A DNA stretch of 36,422 bases from Hydrurus foetidus. Taxonomy: Eukaryota. Shown in pieces: positions 34,738 to 36,422 of the stretch; the first letter of the stretch is position 1; each line of letters begins with the position of its first letter. The stretch spans positions 1 to 36,422 of the forward strand of contig UYFQ01000499.1 of the NCBI GenBank assembly GCA_900617105.1. The letters run 5' to 3'. The translations under genes were made by a program, and so were the position numbers. Below the pieces are notes generated by a model that was not told the origin of the DNA, ran no database searches, and was given only the letters and a program-made list of their open reading frames with translations.

Positions 34738-35877
34738 TGTGGTAGTTCCGGGTCCAAGGTCCCGATCCTACCGGATAGTACTACGGTACACTACTCACCG
34801 TACACTACAGTCTGTTGTATCGTCGTAGCCACTTACAGCCTCCACGTAGAAGTTCACCCTAGCTTCTAGCCTTTAGCTGTAACTAACTACCTCTCCCAGT
34901 CTTTCCCCTCTTCTTTGCCCATCCGAGTCATAATAGCGCTATTCCCACTCATCCTTCTTCGCTTCTTTCTCTACCTATCTACTTGTCCCAAACTTTTAGA
35001 TAGATTTCCAACGGAGTAGATTCACTCCACGACTTCCGAGGAGTCGTTTTCTCGTTGAGCCCGAAACTCCGAGAACTTAGTTTAAGTTTACAGGAGTTTG
35101 GCGTAGCCGCTTCCTGCTTGAAACCCTCCGAAAGGTGTCTTCAAAAGTTCGATTTTGGTCGAAGTCGCGAGAGGCTTCCCAACTCGAAATTAAGGAGTTC
35201 TCCACTAGCAATTTGGACACCGGTTCCACTGCTAGCGACATCAGATTAGTCTAAGGACGTCTTTTGGTCAACAGGAGTTTCTTCCTTCATCCTTAACAGG
35301 ACCTAACATTTGCAATCACCCAAAATTCGGCTTTCACGCCATAGAATTTTTCTCGACAAGAGTGGGTTGAAATTCTTTCATTCGCTGTTACTTGCGTAAA
35401 GTACCCGATACGCGAACGAGGCGAAGCTCTCGCAAAAATTTTTTGACGAGGAAAGCTCGTCCGCGCTTCGATACAACTCGATTTATATCGACTGCTCATC
35501 CTACGATAGGAGATGGAAGACGACGGTCTACATCCTGAGCCTGAGCCAAAGGAGCCAGACAACGAGCATGAGATTGATGAGGAAGGAAACATCCTTATCG
35601 TCTCACAAAGCTCACAATCGTCAAGCATGGGGTTTCCCCAGACGCTTCAGACCCAGCGTGAGATATTCATCCTACGGGGAGATTATATTACTCGGCAGGA
35701 TGCTGAAGAATTCTATGAGCAAGCACAACGCTTGCCTCACTTGCATATTAAACAATGCATGCAATGTCAAGCAATCGATTTGCTTCATGTTAAAATCTTA
35801 ACTGATCAGTCGACACTGGCAGTTATTACCAACGAGCAACGCCTTAATTGGCAAAACCTCCTTCCGATAGAGAGTGT
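34738..35877 (+). mobile_element. Chromovirus-lineage element C: 5' LTR (34738-34932), 5' UTR and start of gag
   Basis: LTR starts TGTGG and resembles LTR B; followed by palindrome AATAGCGCTATT (34932-34943); gag similar to that of A; breaks the Copia RNase H after ERGRSGA. Confidence 0.88.
35513..35877 (+). pseudogene. gag: gag N-terminus of element C, interrupted by element D
   Basis: Position after the 5' UTR and similarity to A gag; the ORF runs into the inverted LTR D at 35878. Confidence 0.75.
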
Positions 35878-36422
35878 TGTGACCTTGGAAGGCAAAAGAG
35901 AAGGGAAATCTAAAGGCTAAAAGGAGCTAGTTAGTTAGGGATGAAGGCAGAAGGTACGCTAGTAACTTCTGCAAAGCAGCACAAACTAGCTAGTGACTGA
36001 TAGTCGTGGCTGTGAACACGAAGGTACTAAGGTGGAAACAGCATCTAATCGGCTGAATGGGGTAGCAGACCCTGAGGGAGCCACACTACCCCTACTTATC
36101 TCTCGTTTTCTCATTTCTCTCTCCCTCTCCCTCTCTCTCTCTTGGTGAGTCTCTAGCTACAGTGTGTAACAAAACAAATATGACTCAAGCGTGAGAAAGA
36201 AAAATGCAGAAAAAGATAATAAAAATAAAAATAAAAATAAAATACAGAAATGAATGCGTACGATGTATTTGGTGACGGAGGCGAGGAGTGCCTAGATGTG
36301 TTGTAACAAAGTGTTCACCTACACATTTATGTCAGATTTTTACTGACTAAACCTCCTGAAAAGCAACGTAACGTTGTAAAATGAGGAGGAATCTTCAAAG
36401 ATAATGTGTAGGTCGTTCACAG
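35878..36422 (-). mobile_element. Chromovirus-lineage element D (minus strand): 3' LTR 35878-36085, PPT 36086-36102, 3' UTR to the window end
   Basis: Minus strand reads GAGATAAGTAGGGGTAG|TGTGG...CTTCTCTTTTGCC...TCACA, matching the PPT and U5 pattern of A; shares the 3' UTR motif of A. Confidence 0.88.

Overview
Eukaryotic, transposon-rich window with GT-AG introns; the CoDi-type Copia elements suggest a stramenopile-like host (inference). The core (13.4-23.4 kb) holds host genes: a PP2A B'' regulatory subunit, an EF-hand protein, a GT32 glycosyltransferase and a small ORF. Left flank: a hairpin-dense 0.6 kb segment, a full-length but damaged chromodomain Ty3/Gypsy element (A) carrying a two-gene PIF/Harbinger-group transposon, and a hAT remnant with a solo LTR (B). 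Right flank: a young CoDi-like Copia with identical LTRs, a MITE, a decayed second Copia, and two more chromoviruses (C, D) nested in turn. Most striking signals: (1) the young Copia has an 11-nt PBS perfectly complementary to its own LTR, i.e. Tf1-style self-priming geometry in a Copia; (2) the same element joins gag and pol through an in-frame UGA-CGG followed by a stem-loop; (3) chromoviruses A and C have covarying 12-bp palindromes where the PBS should be; (4) A and D share a covarying, ENE-like multi-way RNA junction in the 3' UTR. All calls are by eye; no searches or folding programs were run.
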